From positions 86,612 to 150,611 of the forward strand of contig JAEOSZ010000111.1 in the NCBI GenBank assembly GCA_016840095.1: a stretch of 64,000 nt of DNA. Direction: 5' to 3'. Source of the stretch: Candidatus Heimdallarchaeota archaeon (GTDB taxonomy: Archaea > Asgardarchaeota > Heimdallarchaeia > Heimdallarchaeales > Heimdallarchaeaceae). Numbering within the stretch: position 1 is the first letter of the stretch; every line of letters begins with the position of its first letter. The position numbers and the translations under genes are program-made. Below the pieces are notes generated by a model. The model was given only the letters and a program-made list of their open reading frames with translations, was not told the DNA's origin and searched no databases. Below, in pieces: positions 55,241-64,000 of this stretch.

Positions 55241-55318
55241 TATTTAAAACTACATTTCAGATATATTAAAGATTACTAAATAGTTTCAAAAAGAAACATT
55301 TAAACCAACACTATCAAA

Positions 55319-56323
55319 GTGATACTAATGATTTCTCTAGGGATTGAAAGTTCAGCTGACAAGTTAGGTGTCGGAATAATAGATGACAAAGGAAATGTTT
55401 TGTCAAATATTCGAAGAACCTACAAACCACCTTATGGTAGTGGGATCCATCCTAGAGAAGCTTCTGAATTTCACTCTTCAACAATGCCAGGAGCTATAGA
55501 AGATGCTTTTCAAGAATCTGGAATCAAACCAGATGAAATTGATTTAATCTCCTTCACAAAAGGACCAGGTTTGGGACCTTGTTTGAGGATAGGTGCAGTT
55601 ACTGCAAGAACACTTTCTTTATCCTTGGATAAACCATTAATTGCAGTAAATCATCCAATCGCCCATGTTGAAATTGGGAGATTAGTTGGAGGTCTTGATG
55701 ATCCTGTTGTTCTCTATGTTTCTGGAGGAAACACCCAAGTTATTGCTTTTTCAGAGAAAAGATATAGAGTATTTGGTGAAACAATAGATATACCTGTGGG
55801 AAATTGTTTAGATGTTTTTGGAAGAAATGCTGGTCTTAGTGATAAAGAAAACCCTATGGGTAGAATGATAGAAATTGAAGCTTTGAAAAGCTCAAATTAT
55901 GTTTCAATACCTTATGTGATTAAAGGAATGGATGTTTCGTTCTCTGGGATATTAACACATGCGACTAGATTATTCAATGACAAGAAACATCCACTTGAAG
56001 ATATTGCTTTTAGTCTTCAAGAAACTGTTTTTTCAATGTTGGTTGAAGTTACTGAACGAGCATTAGCTCACACTAAAAAAGAAGAAATTCTAGTTTGTGG
56101 TGGTGTAGCTGCTAATACAAGATTGAAAGAAATGCTAGATGAAATGGCTAATTCTCATGGTGTTATATTCAGAGGACTCAATGCAGATCTTGCTCTAGAT
56201 AATGGTGTAATGATAGCCTGGTTAGGTATTCTAATGAAACAATCAGGAGTTTCAACAAGGTTTGAAGATACGACTGTGGATCAACATTTCAGACCAGAAG
56301 ATGTAGATGTTACTTGGAGATAA
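55319..56323 (+). CDS. kae1: KEOPS t6A synthase Kae1
   Basis: LGIESSA, GIHPREA, GPGLGPCLR, VNHPIAHVE, LYVSGGNTQ, GET.D, KGMDVSFSG, GGVAAN, DNGVMIAW, FRPEDV. Confidence 0.96.
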   Translation: MILMISLGIESSADKLGVGIIDDKGNVLSNIRRTYKPPYGSGIHPREASEFHSSTMPGAIEDAFQESGIKPDEIDLISFTKGPGLGPCLRIGAVTARTLSLSLDKPLIAVNHPIAHVEIGRLVGGLDDPVVLYVSGGNTQVIAFSEKRYRVFGETIDIPVGNCLDVFGRNAGLSDKENPMGRMIEIEALKSSNYVSIPYVIKGMDVSFSGILTHATRLFNDKKHPLEDIAFSLQETVFSMLVEVTERALAHTKKEEILVCGGVAANTRLKEMLDEMANSHGVIFRGLNADLALDNGVMIAWLGILMKQSGVSTRFEDTTVDQHFRPEDVDVTWR

Positions 56324-57639
56324 ATTGTGATTATATGCAATCGGCTATTATATTTGACTATACGAAGAAGAATTTCTACAGTCTTACTCCTTTAGTTGCT
56401 ACTATAGATAATATCAAAGATTTACAAGACATAGACCTCTTACTTGAAGAAGATATAGATTCAATAAGAATCAGGAAGCTATTGGAAAAATATACGAATC
56501 TCATTATAGCTTTTTCATTTAGAACTGCTCAATTTGAAGATATATACATTCGTATGAAAGCAATTTATTCTTCATTAAAAAAAACTGAATTAGAAAGAAT
56601 CACCTTTATCGCTGGTGGAAGTCATCCCTCAGGAAGTCCTTCTACAACTTTAAAATCTGGATTTGATTTCGTCTTTATTGGAGAAGCCGAATATTCATTA
56701 ACTGAATTCATAAGACGAAATCTTCAAGAAGATGATCTGTTCAAAACACCAGGAATTAGCTTCATGGAAGATGAAAAGCTAATATTAACTCCACGACCAG
56801 ATCCCATCAAATTGGATGAATACCCATTTATTTCCAAAAAACGAAGATTATATCCACCGTTGGAAATAAGTAGAGGTTGCTCATTTGGATGTACATTCTG
56901 TCAAGTTCCAAAGCTTTTCCATCATAGAACTCGGCATCGTTCTCCAGAGATTCTTTTAGATGTCATTAAATGGATGGGGACAAAGAAATTAAACGATATT
57001 CGTTTTATAACCCCAAATTCTTTTGGTTATATGTCTCCAAAACCTAAAGAAGTGAATAAAGATGCCATTCTTCACCTTCTGTCCTCAATTAAATCAACCC
57101 CTGGAATTGACAATGTTTATTATGGAACATTCCCTGGAGAAGTCAGACCAGAGACTGTGTCTTATGATTTAATGAGTGATATACAACCGATGATCTCAAA
57201 CTCTAGAATTTCTATAGGTCTTCAATCGGGAAGTAATAAAGTTCTCAAAGATATTCGAAGAGGACATACAGTTGAAGAGGGGATTAATGCGATTGAGATA
57301 CTTGATGACATTGGATTTACACCAATAGTTGATATCATCATAGGATTACCCACTGCTACAGAAGAAGATGAAATGGCAACCATCAATGTTATTCGGCATT
57401 TAATTAAAAGGAATTCTATAATAAGGGCTCATGTATTCATGCCTTTACCTGGAACTAGCCTTGAGAAAACAGAATTCAAACCAGTTTATCCAAAAATTAA
57501 GAAAATTCTTGGTAAATTAAGTTTTCAAGGAAAACTAGAAGGTAATTGGTCACATCAAGAAAAGCATGCTTTGAATGCATGGAAGCTTAACCAAAGAATA
57601 GCTAATATGCCTTTTATACAGAGAGAAGATAATCTTTAG
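56314..57639 (+). CDS. B12-binding domain radical SAM protein (TIGR04013-like)
   Basis: IAGGSHPSG, GFDFVFIGEAE, EISRGCSFGCTFCQ (CxxxCxxC), RFITPN, GTFPGEVRPE, GLQSGS, FMPLPGT. Confidence 0.88.
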   Translation: MEINCDYMQSAIIFDYTKKNFYSLTPLVATIDNIKDLQDIDLLLEEDIDSIRIRKLLEKYTNLIIAFSFRTAQFEDIYIRMKAIYSSLKKTELERITFIAGGSHPSGSPSTTLKSGFDFVFIGEAEYSLTEFIRRNLQEDDLFKTPGISFMEDEKLILTPRPDPIKLDEYPFISKKRRLYPPLEISRGCSFGCTFCQVPKLFHHRTRHRSPEILLDVIKWMGTKKLNDIRFITPNSFGYMSPKPKEVNKDAILHLLSSIKSTPGIDNVYYGTFPGEVRPETVSYDLMSDIQPMISNSRISIGLQSGSNKVLKDIRRGHTVEEGINAIEILDDIGFTPIVDIIIGLPTATEEDEMATINVIRHLIKRNSIIRAHVFMPLPGTSLEKTEFKPVYPKIKKILGKLSFQGKLEGNWSHQEKHALNAWKLNQRIANMPFIQREDNL

Positions 57640-58279
57640 CAGTTTGTTCTTCTTTCAAATGTCTAGCTCTAGCTTCAACTTTCATTGCTCTACGAAAAAT
57701 GGTTTTTGCATCACTCATGGTTTCTTTATATCCTTTTTGAAACGCAATGAAATATTCCTTTTCATGATCTGTATGAGTACTTGTAAAACATTTCTTGATT
57801 AACAGAATATCAACAGCTTTATCTTCTACAGCTTTTGAAAACTTTCCTAGTCCAAAATCAATGAATACAAGTTCTTGGTTTTCAATTAGAACATTACTTG
57901 TAGTTAGATCTCCATGAATTATGTCTTTCGAATGCAATTTCCCAACATTCCTCCCCATTAGAGAAATATAGTGTATCTTATCCTCAAAATTTCCTGAACT
58001 GTTTAAAAGATCCTTGACTAATTGTCCCTCAATATATTCCATTGTAATAGTAGCTGTTTCTAAATCAATATCAAAGATGAAAGGAGTTTTTACACCTGCA
58101 TCTCTTGAAGCAACTAGTAATTTTGATTCAGAGATGGTTCTGCTTCTACGTAAATTATTATCAATTTGTTCGATTCTGTAGGTTTTAGGGATTCGAATTT
58201 TCCTCAAAACCTGATACTCTAACCATTTACCTCTTTGAAGAATGGCTTCAGCTCCCCACTTATTTTCTTTAGATGACAA
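57614..58279 (-). CDS. bud32: KEOPS kinase/ATPase Bud32
   Basis: GAEA, K.R.PK.YR...D..LR..RT..E, IIHGDLTTSN, IDFGL, EDKAVD. Confidence 0.95.
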   Translation of the reverse strand: MSSKENKWGAEAILQRGKWLEYQVLRKIRIPKTYRIEQIDNNLRRSRTISESKLLVASRDAGVKTPFIFDIDLETATITMEYIEGQLVKDLLNSSGNFEDKIHYISLMGRNVGKLHSKDIIHGDLTTSNVLIENQELVFIDFGLGKFSKAVEDKAVDILLIKKCFTSTHTDHEKEYFIAFQKGYKETMSDAKTIFRRAMKVEARARHLKEEQTAKDYLLSV

Positions 58280-58292
58280 TTTTACTGCTCCT

Positions 58293-59339
58293 TCAACTTT
58301 TCTTTTTTTTAATAACTTCTAGATTCTTTAGAGCAGTGGAAATTTCATCCCCAATTGGCTTATCCAAAACTTGATTGTTGAGAGACAAAACTCCTTTATT
58401 CTTTCCTACTTTACCAATTATCTCACAAGGGATTTGTTCTTGCTTTAGATATTCAAGAATGTCATCTGCTTTTTCTTTAGGTGCTGCTACAATGAGTAAA
58501 CCTGATGAAATTAGTCTAAAAGGATCAAATTCAAGCCACATAGCCAATTTCTTTGTAACATGTGATAATCTTGGGAGTTTGTGAAGTTCAATACTCAACT
58601 CACTGAATGCAATTATTTCATATAAAGCACCATGTATTCCTCCCTCGGTGGCATCATGTATTAGGGAAGGTTGAAACTTTTTATTCAAATCTAAAGCTAA
58701 ATCAACAATTCTTAGTTCTGATCCTATTCTGCTTCCCTCTTCAATTTCGTCATCACTAAGTATAGAATGTATCAAATTACCTGATTCAGAAATAATTATT
58801 CCTGTACCCTCTGCTCCTGTAAAACCAATTGCAAGAATGTTCTCATTCTCTCTTAATTTATTAGCTACAATGAAATCTTGAGGAACAAAACCTAGCATGT
58901 GACCTGAGACTATAGGTATTTTTGCGGAATCTGAGATTTCTGTGTGACCACCTAAAATACTTATTCCAAGTTCAATGCATTGTTGATGAATCTGCTCTTG
59001 AATGTTCTTTACTTCTTTAAAAGTGGTTTGAACTGGAACAATGATGGAAGAAAGAAAACCAAATGGTAGTGCTCCAGTACAAGAAACATCATTAGCATTC
59101 ACAACTACTGCATATCGTCCTGGTTCCGCTGTAGGAAAGGTTATTGGGTCAGATTTTACAACAAGTAAAGTCTTTGAAGTACTATTATAGAACCGTTGAG
59201 CTTTTCTTTCAGCTTCGAGTACGTCTATTACAGCTGCATCTCTTCCTACTTGACCTGAAACGACTATACCTTCATTCTCTGAGCCTTTCATTTCTAGTAT
59301 TTTTCTTAGAAGTGAAATCTCTAGCTTACCTTCTTCCAT
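58293..59339 (-). CDS. AIR synthase-related (HypE/PurM-like) protein
   Basis: G.DAAV, KSDPIT, VNANDV, GGHTE, HDATEGG, ISSG.L. Confidence 0.88.
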   Translation of the reverse strand: MEEGKLEISLLRKILEMKGSENEGIVVSGQVGRDAAVIDVLEAERKAQRFYNSTSKTLLVVKSDPITFPTAEPGRYAVVVNANDVSCTGALPFGFLSSIIVPVQTTFKEVKNIQEQIHQQCIELGISILGGHTEISDSAKIPIVSGHMLGFVPQDFIVANKLRENENILAIGFTGAEGTGIIISESGNLIHSILSDDEIEEGSRIGSELRIVDLALDLNKKFQPSLIHDATEGGIHGALYEIIAFSELSIELHKLPRLSHVTKKLAMWLEFDPFRLISSGLLIVAAPKEKADDILEYLKQEQIPCEIIGKVGKNKGVLSLNNQVLDKPIGDEISTALKNLEVIKKKKS

Positions 59340-59399
59340 TAATATCTCTATAAATTATAATTTCTAAAAGTTTTTTGAATAAGAGATAAGAAAAAATGG

Positions 59400-60365
59400 T
59401 TAGAAACCCATTGTTTTCAAGATGTGTTTAATTATTTTGAATTTATAACCCACATTTATTACGTCATTGACATTGGTTGTCATTCCAACAAGAATTTTAC
59501 CTTCTGAACAGTCTTCAACTATGATTTGGACAACTTCTGCATTTAATGCTTTGATATCTTCTTCGGAGTTTATCATCTCATAAATAACTCTTGGAAATCT
59601 TGTTATAGTTTCTAAAACATAGATAATTTTCTTCTCTTCAAGATTCCCTGCATAAAGCTCTCCCATTGCACCGTCTTCTTTAGGAAAAATATATGCTGAA
59701 GCTGATGGAGCGATGCAACCTCTTATTGAAGAAAATAACAGGGATGTTATTGCTCTTTTATTTGCTTCATCAAGTATTTCTTGTGTCATTTCACTTGTTG
59801 GAATCCTTGGAACAGATTCAAAAGGTCGAATTTCTTCATATACATCTGCTTTAGTTTGTGCATTACTGGTTTCAGGAATAACTTTCACTTCTACTGGCTT
59901 AACTTGAACCATCTCTCTTCTTTCGATTCCAAGTCGTGAGTATATTTTATCAACATTTTGTCTGATTTTATCCTGATTTTTATCAAAATCAGAACCACAT
60001 GTTTTAACTAAAAGATCAATATTGTTTTTTGATGTTAGACTTCCTATAACATCTTCGCCAAATGCTTGAACATAATTTAATATAGTTGGACGTATTTCAA
60101 CAGCAATATTTTCAACCCTAGAAACAAATAGCAAGGTTAAGTCAATAAAGGTAATATAAGTTGCTCTGAACTTACCGCGAAATATAGTGATTTCATTATA
60201 TCTTCTAACCCATTGATAGAATTCAATAGGATGAATGAAGTAGCTGTGAATTTCTGACTTTTCGATTTCACTTCTTGTGTTTTCAATCTCAAAGATATTA
60301 TTCCCTACCAAATCATAAATAATTATAGCTACCAGTGGATTGATTTCAGTTCTAAGAAAAGGCAT
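59400..60365 (-). CDS. Putative longin-like + roadblock-like domain protein (paralog A)
   Basis: N-terminal AIIIYDLVGNNIF beta-rich domain; C-terminal domain homologous to those of 60554 and 61854. Confidence 0.6.
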   Translation of the reverse strand: MPFLRTEINPLVAIIIYDLVGNNIFEIENTRSEIEKSEIHSYFIHPIEFYQWVRRYNEITIFRGKFRATYITFIDLTLLFVSRVENIAVEIRPTILNYVQAFGEDVIGSLTSKNNIDLLVKTCGSDFDKNQDKIRQNVDKIYSRLGIERREMVQVKPVEVKVIPETSNAQTKADVYEEIRPFESVPRIPTSEMTQEILDEANKRAITSLLFSSIRGCIAPSASAYIFPKEDGAMGELYAGNLEEKKIIYVLETITRFPRVIYEMINSEEDIKALNAEVVQIIVEDCSEGKILVGMTTNVNDVINVGYKFKIIKHILKTMGF

Positions 60366-60553
60366 AAGACCTCAACTAGATATTATTATCTGATTTTTGG
60401 CTAATAAATATATCTCAAGTGTCTAGTAATATCACAAAATGAGAAAAAGGTATATAGAATGTATCTTCCCCCCTCTTTTCTATAGTTTTTTAGCCATTAA
60501 TAGTAAGGAAATATTTTTAGAGTTTTAATTGTATTATTTTTTGTGGTTAAGTA

Positions 60554-61135
60554 ATGACAAGTAAAAAAGATTCCAATGATTCTCCTTCTTCAAAGATCAC
60601 ATCACGAAAAAGAAAACCACCACTAAAAGATGTTTTTATTGAGATGGAAGAAGTAGCATATGAAACTTTGAATATTTCATTTAAGAAACTTAAATCTGGG
60701 CAATATTTACGTGATTTTCTTACACAAACATCAACAAGTGATGATGTCAAGGAAGCTATTCGCGTTACTATTGATGCTTTGCTTGACAGTATCTCTTCTG
60801 ATTTTAAATCTCTTTCAGCTGCAGCATTAGTTCCACATCCTGAAAGCTCTGATTCAAGAGCTATCGTAAGAGGACCTCTTGAGAAAGATATAGTGAAAAG
60901 AGTGTTAGAAATTTTCCACAGATATCCTCCTGTAATTAATGATTTACTGGGATCAGAAGAAGAGGTTAAGGTTTTGGATACAGGAATTGGTTTTGTAGTT
61001 CTAGAAAATTGTCAGAAAGACAATTATTTGATCGGAATTGTACAAAAACAGAAAGATGTGGACGAACTCTCTAGAAAACTGAGACATGTACAAAATGTTG
61101 TTATTGAGAATACATTACTATTAGAAGACATCTAG
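60554..61135 (+). CDS. Putative roadblock-like domain protein (paralog B)
   Basis: VLEIFHRYPPVI..LLGSEEEVKVLDTG..FVVLE domain shared with its neighbours. Confidence 0.6.
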   Translation: MTSKKDSNDSPSSKITSRKRKPPLKDVFIEMEEVAYETLNISFKKLKSGQYLRDFLTQTSTSDDVKEAIRVTIDALLDSISSDFKSLSAAALVPHPESSDSRAIVRGPLEKDIVKRVLEIFHRYPPVINDLLGSEEEVKVLDTGIGFVVLENCQKDNYLIGIVQKQKDVDELSRKLRHVQNVVIENTLLLEDI

Positions 61136-61156
61136 TTACTCAACAAAAAATTACAC

Positions 61157-61681
61157 TTAAAGCTTAATTCCACATTTGGGGCACGTATTCATCCCTTCTT
61201 TTATCTCTTCAAAGCATTTCCAACAAATTATTTTATCAGATTTTCTTTCCGAGTACTCCATAGCTAATCTAAGGATTTCCGTTGAAATTTTATTAATTTC
61301 ATTTTTCAATCTACCAATTCTGGTTTTTTCAATTTTATTCAGAAGAAGAAATACTATGAAGAATAATGCGCCACTACTCATTAGAATGATACCAGATATC
61401 AACAGAGCATTCTGCCACCCTTCGGACAGATTATCTCTATATGCAACAAAAATAATCAAAGGGATTAATAGAATAGCAGATGTCAGTAAAATCAACCAAA
61501 CGATCAACTTTAAACCTAAAAAAGTTCTATTGAACCAATAAGGAATGTTGAATTTATATGAGAAGATATCCAATTCAAAGAAGTTTTCATCGTCAATATC
61601 ATGAATTTCAAAAAAGACATTTTTTCCAATAACCTTCTTTTGAAAAACTAGTTGGTGAGTACTCTTCTCTTTAAAGTGCAT
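61157..61681 (-). CDS. Two-TM membrane protein with C-terminal zinc ribbon
   Basis: Two hydrophobic helices; CWKC...CPKCG; the reading frame stays open upstream of the ATG, so the start is uncertain. Confidence 0.7.
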   Translation of the reverse strand: MHFKEKSTHQLVFQKKVIGKNVFFEIHDIDDENFFELDIFSYKFNIPYWFNRTFLGLKLIVWLILLTSAILLIPLIIFVAYRDNLSEGWQNALLISGIILMSSGALFFIVFLLLNKIEKTRIGRLKNEINKISTEILRLAMEYSERKSDKIICWKCFEEIKEGMNTCPKCGIKL

Positions 61682-61853
61682 ATTCTCTTTTTCAAGATTA
61701 AGTTTAAGATACTCAAAAAATTGTACGGTGTCTTTAACAGTACTTCTAATTTTTTCTGAAACATAAATTTCTTTGGATTGATTTCTCTTCTCCAGAATAA
61801 TTACTCTCCATACAATCTTTACTAATAGAGTAGACCTAATAGTAAATATAGCT

Positions 61854-62936
61854 TTAGAATGAAGATTTCAAAAATTCAGAAATCATTGTTGTGACCAATT
61901 TCATTCTTTTAGAGATTACACTTATCTCATCCCTATTTTTTGTAATACTAACTAGCATACCACTTTCTGTTTCTTCAAGAATAACAACACCGTCTCCTGC
62001 ATCTAAGGTTTTTTCTTCTCCTGCAGATTCAATCGTTTGCTTGACGACTTCAGGATATTTAGAGAGTATTCCAAGAACGAATTCAGCGTGCTTTTCAGAC
62101 ATACCATGTGTAATAGTTTCTAAAGCACCTTTGTCTCCAGTAAAAACAAAACATACTCCTGTTTTTGTTGATAAACCTTTAACAATAGAAGACATAACCC
62201 TTGCAATAGAATCTCTCTTTGTTTGTTCTAACAACTGCTGTGTAAGTTCAACTTTCTTATCATCAGAAACACCTTGAATCAGTGGTTCAGCTTTGTGTCC
62301 TATGTACTCGAGTAGATCCTCTACTTGACCAGTTCCTTGGGCAGGAGTAACAGGAGAGGTACTTTCTCTTGGGGTTGAATACGCTTCTGAAGTTGTGGAA
62401 GATGATGATACAGGAGTTGATGCGGGTTCTGAATAAACAGGTTTTTCTTCAACAACTCTTGGTTGCTCTATTGGTTCTGAAACTACTTCTTGTGGTTTCT
62501 TTGTTGGGTAATAATCGTATTTAATCTGACTAGCAGCTCTTTCTGATATTAGATTTCCTAAACGTTTAATTAGTGCTGTTTGGGATCTTGGTTCCATTTT
62601 ATCAATGGTTCCATAATCTTGCAGTTGCTCTATTAGCTTATTTTTTATGATTTGAATCAGTTTTAGAGCTGTATTTTCATCAGTATCTGGTTTAAACATA
62701 CAAGCTAAGACAATGTTATAGAATAAGTGATAATCAACTCTGAAAACTTCATTAACGAGAGATATACTCTGAGATTTCTTTAGTTCTTCTCTAGTCTTTG
62801 TACTTGTATCTATTACTTGAAAAACAGTGGAAAAAGCAGTCTTTGTATTAATAACTTTGTCAAATATCATGTCCTCTTCCAAAGTAAAAAGGCTGAAACC
62901 AACAAACAAATTCCATGGTAAATCAAAGTCACTCAT
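61854..62936 (-). CDS. Putative longin-like + S/T/P linker + roadblock-like domain protein (paralog C)
   Basis: N-terminal GFSLFTLEEDMIF domain; disordered linker; VLGILSKYPEVV...EEKTLDAGDGVVILE C-terminal domain. Confidence 0.6.
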   Translation of the reverse strand: MSDFDLPWNLFVGFSLFTLEEDMIFDKVINTKTAFSTVFQVIDTSTKTREELKKSQSISLVNEVFRVDYHLFYNIVLACMFKPDTDENTALKLIQIIKNKLIEQLQDYGTIDKMEPRSQTALIKRLGNLISERAASQIKYDYYPTKKPQEVVSEPIEQPRVVEEKPVYSEPASTPVSSSSTTSEAYSTPRESTSPVTPAQGTGQVEDLLEYIGHKAEPLIQGVSDDKKVELTQQLLEQTKRDSIARVMSSIVKGLSTKTGVCFVFTGDKGALETITHGMSEKHAEFVLGILSKYPEVVKQTIESAGEEKTLDAGDGVVILEETESGMLVSITKNRDEISVISKRMKLVTTMISEFLKSSF

Positions 62937-63030
62937 ATTAAATCCTCACAATGTATGTGAGCTGATTGCTTAATCTCACTTTTTTATTTAGTTTCTTTCT
63001 TGTATTTAATAATCTATTGTGTGAAGAACA

Positions 63031-64000
63031 TCATTTCTTTTTCTTCTGTTGCTTTTTTTCTTCTTTTAATCTTCTTCTCTCCCATTTTTTCCATTTCTTG
63101 ATGTTCTTATTTGATTCATTACCGAAAACAACAGCAGAGTATGAACGTCCCTCTGTTTCACCTAATGCTCTGACTTGGAAATCTTCTTCTTCTTCTCTTT
63201 TCTTAGTATCAGCAAGCATTTGATCAATAATTTCTTGCCTTCTTTTCTCTGCTTCTATCTCCAAATCGGTTTGAACAATTTGCTCTTGAACTACTTCTGG
63301 CTCTTGAACAATTTGCTCTTGAACTACTTCTGGCTCTTGAACAATTTGCTCTTGAACAATTTGCTCTTGAACTACTTCTGGCTCTTGAGTTGGTTCAATT
63401 TCTAGCGTATCATCTTTTATGATAATTTCATCCTTGGTTATTGGAACACTTGTGGTTTCCTCAACAAAAACAAGATTATGAATATCATCTGGAATATTCT
63501 CGGGTTGAATTAAAACATCTGTATCAATAACTGGATCAGTTACAATAGGTTCTGAAAGATCGACTGATGCAAGTTCTGCAATTTTTTCCTCAAATGCAGT
63601 TCCTTGAATAATTTCTGAAGCTTTCAATATTTGTGGTTGAATTTCGATAACTTTAGCTTCTTCAGCAACCTCAAGATTTTCTGAAGGAATAGGTATTTGT
63701 TCTTTTTCAATTATTTCTTGAATTTCCTCTTGAACACTTACATCGATTTCTCCAACTTCCTCACCAGACACTGCTTTTGCTAATCCTATAGTTACTTCCT
63801 CTAATTCTTGCTCTAAATCATCTTCTGATTCTAGTTTTTCAACAATCTCTTCTTCAGGTTCTAATTCTAGTTTTTCAACAATCTCTTCTTCAGGTTCTAA
63901 TTCTAGTTCTTCAACAATCTCTTCTTCAGGTTCTAATTCTAGTTCTTCAACAATCTCTTCTTCAGGTTCTAATTCTAGTTCTTCAACAATCTCTTCTTCA
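63031..64000 (-). CDS. Highly acidic repeat protein with basic C-terminus (partial; start lies beyond the right edge)
   Basis: The frame is open from 63999 through the ORF-track GTG at 63771 (EEEIVEELELEP repeats); ends WKKWERRRLKEEKKQQKKKK. Confidence 0.75.
   Translation of the reverse strand, partial: EEEIVEELELEPEEEIVEELELEPEEEIVEELELEPEEEIVEKLELEPEEEIVEKLESEDDLEQELEEVTIGLAKAVSGEEVGEIDVSVQEEIQEIIEKEQIPIPSENLEVAEEAKVIEIQPQILKASEIIQGTAFEEKIAELASVDLSEPIVTDPVIDTDVLIQPENIPDDIHNLVFVEETTSVPITKDEIIIKDDTLEIEPTQEPEVVQEQIVQEQIVQEPEVVQEQIVQEPEVVQEQIVQTDLEIEAEKRRQEIIDQMLADTKKREEEEDFQVRALGETEGRSYSAVVFGNESNKNIKKWKKWERRRLKEEKKQQKKKK
63271..63388. repeat. Coding 33-bp tandem repeat (EPEVVQEQIVQ) with a 15-bp sub-repeat
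   Basis: ttgaacaatttgctcttgaactacttctggctc at 63271, 63304 and 63352, with an extra ttgaacaatttgctc at 63337. Confidence 0.9.
63829..64000. repeat. Coding 36-bp tandem repeat (LEPEEEIVE[E/K]LE), four full copies plus a partial fifth
   Basis: ttctagtt[c/t]ttcaacaatctcttcttcaggttctaa at 63829, 63865, 63901 and 63937, partial at 63973; no spacers. Confidence 0.93.

Noticed and set aside
58293-59339. Hydrogenase maturation HypE or selenophosphate synthetase
   Set aside because: It lacks the C-terminal PRIC of HypE and the N-terminal Cys/Sec-x-x-Lys of SelD, so it is left as AIR-synthase-related.
62966-63405. Plus-strand ORFs with F/L/N repeats
   Set aside because: They are antisense shadows of the acidic repeat protein.
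63829-64000. 36-bp repeats of CRISPR-like length
   Set aside because: The units are contiguous with no spacers, preserve the reading frame of an acidic ORF, and no cas genes are present.

Overview
AT-rich (about 30% GC by eye), gene-dense archaeal chromosome segment. It carries archaeal core genes (pheS/pheT, kae1, bud32, tsr3, proteasome alpha and beta, cofC/cofD), three tRNAs (one with a BHB-type intron), RNase P RNA and a box C/D sRNA. It also has many eukaryote-signature-type proteins: a Rag/Arf-like GTPase, about seven longin/roadblock-domain proteins, a two-domain RPB5 and an alpha-SNAP-like repeat protein. This points to an Asgard archaeon, probably Heimdallarchaeia-like (inference). 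No mobile element or CRISPR array was seen. Main observations: (1) a single-pass receptor-like protein with Ig-like ectodomains and a cytoplasmic Regnase/NYN RNase, an IRE1-like architecture, lying directly upstream of a wHTH gene and a proteasome beta-alpha pair; (2) an apparently complete bacillithiol pathway (bshA, bshC, a bshB candidate and an adjacent VOC enzyme); (3) a eukaryote-type two-domain RPB5 with a histone-H1-like AKKTTT tail; (4) three clustered paralogs sharing a roadblock-like domain; (5) a Dus-like flavoenzyme inside the cofD-cofC operon and a thioredoxin reductase lacking NADPH motifs; (6) a B12 radical-SAM gene between kae1 and bud32; (7) a GcvH-like protein lacking the lipoyl lysine. 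All family calls come from motif recognition by eye; no database searches were run.
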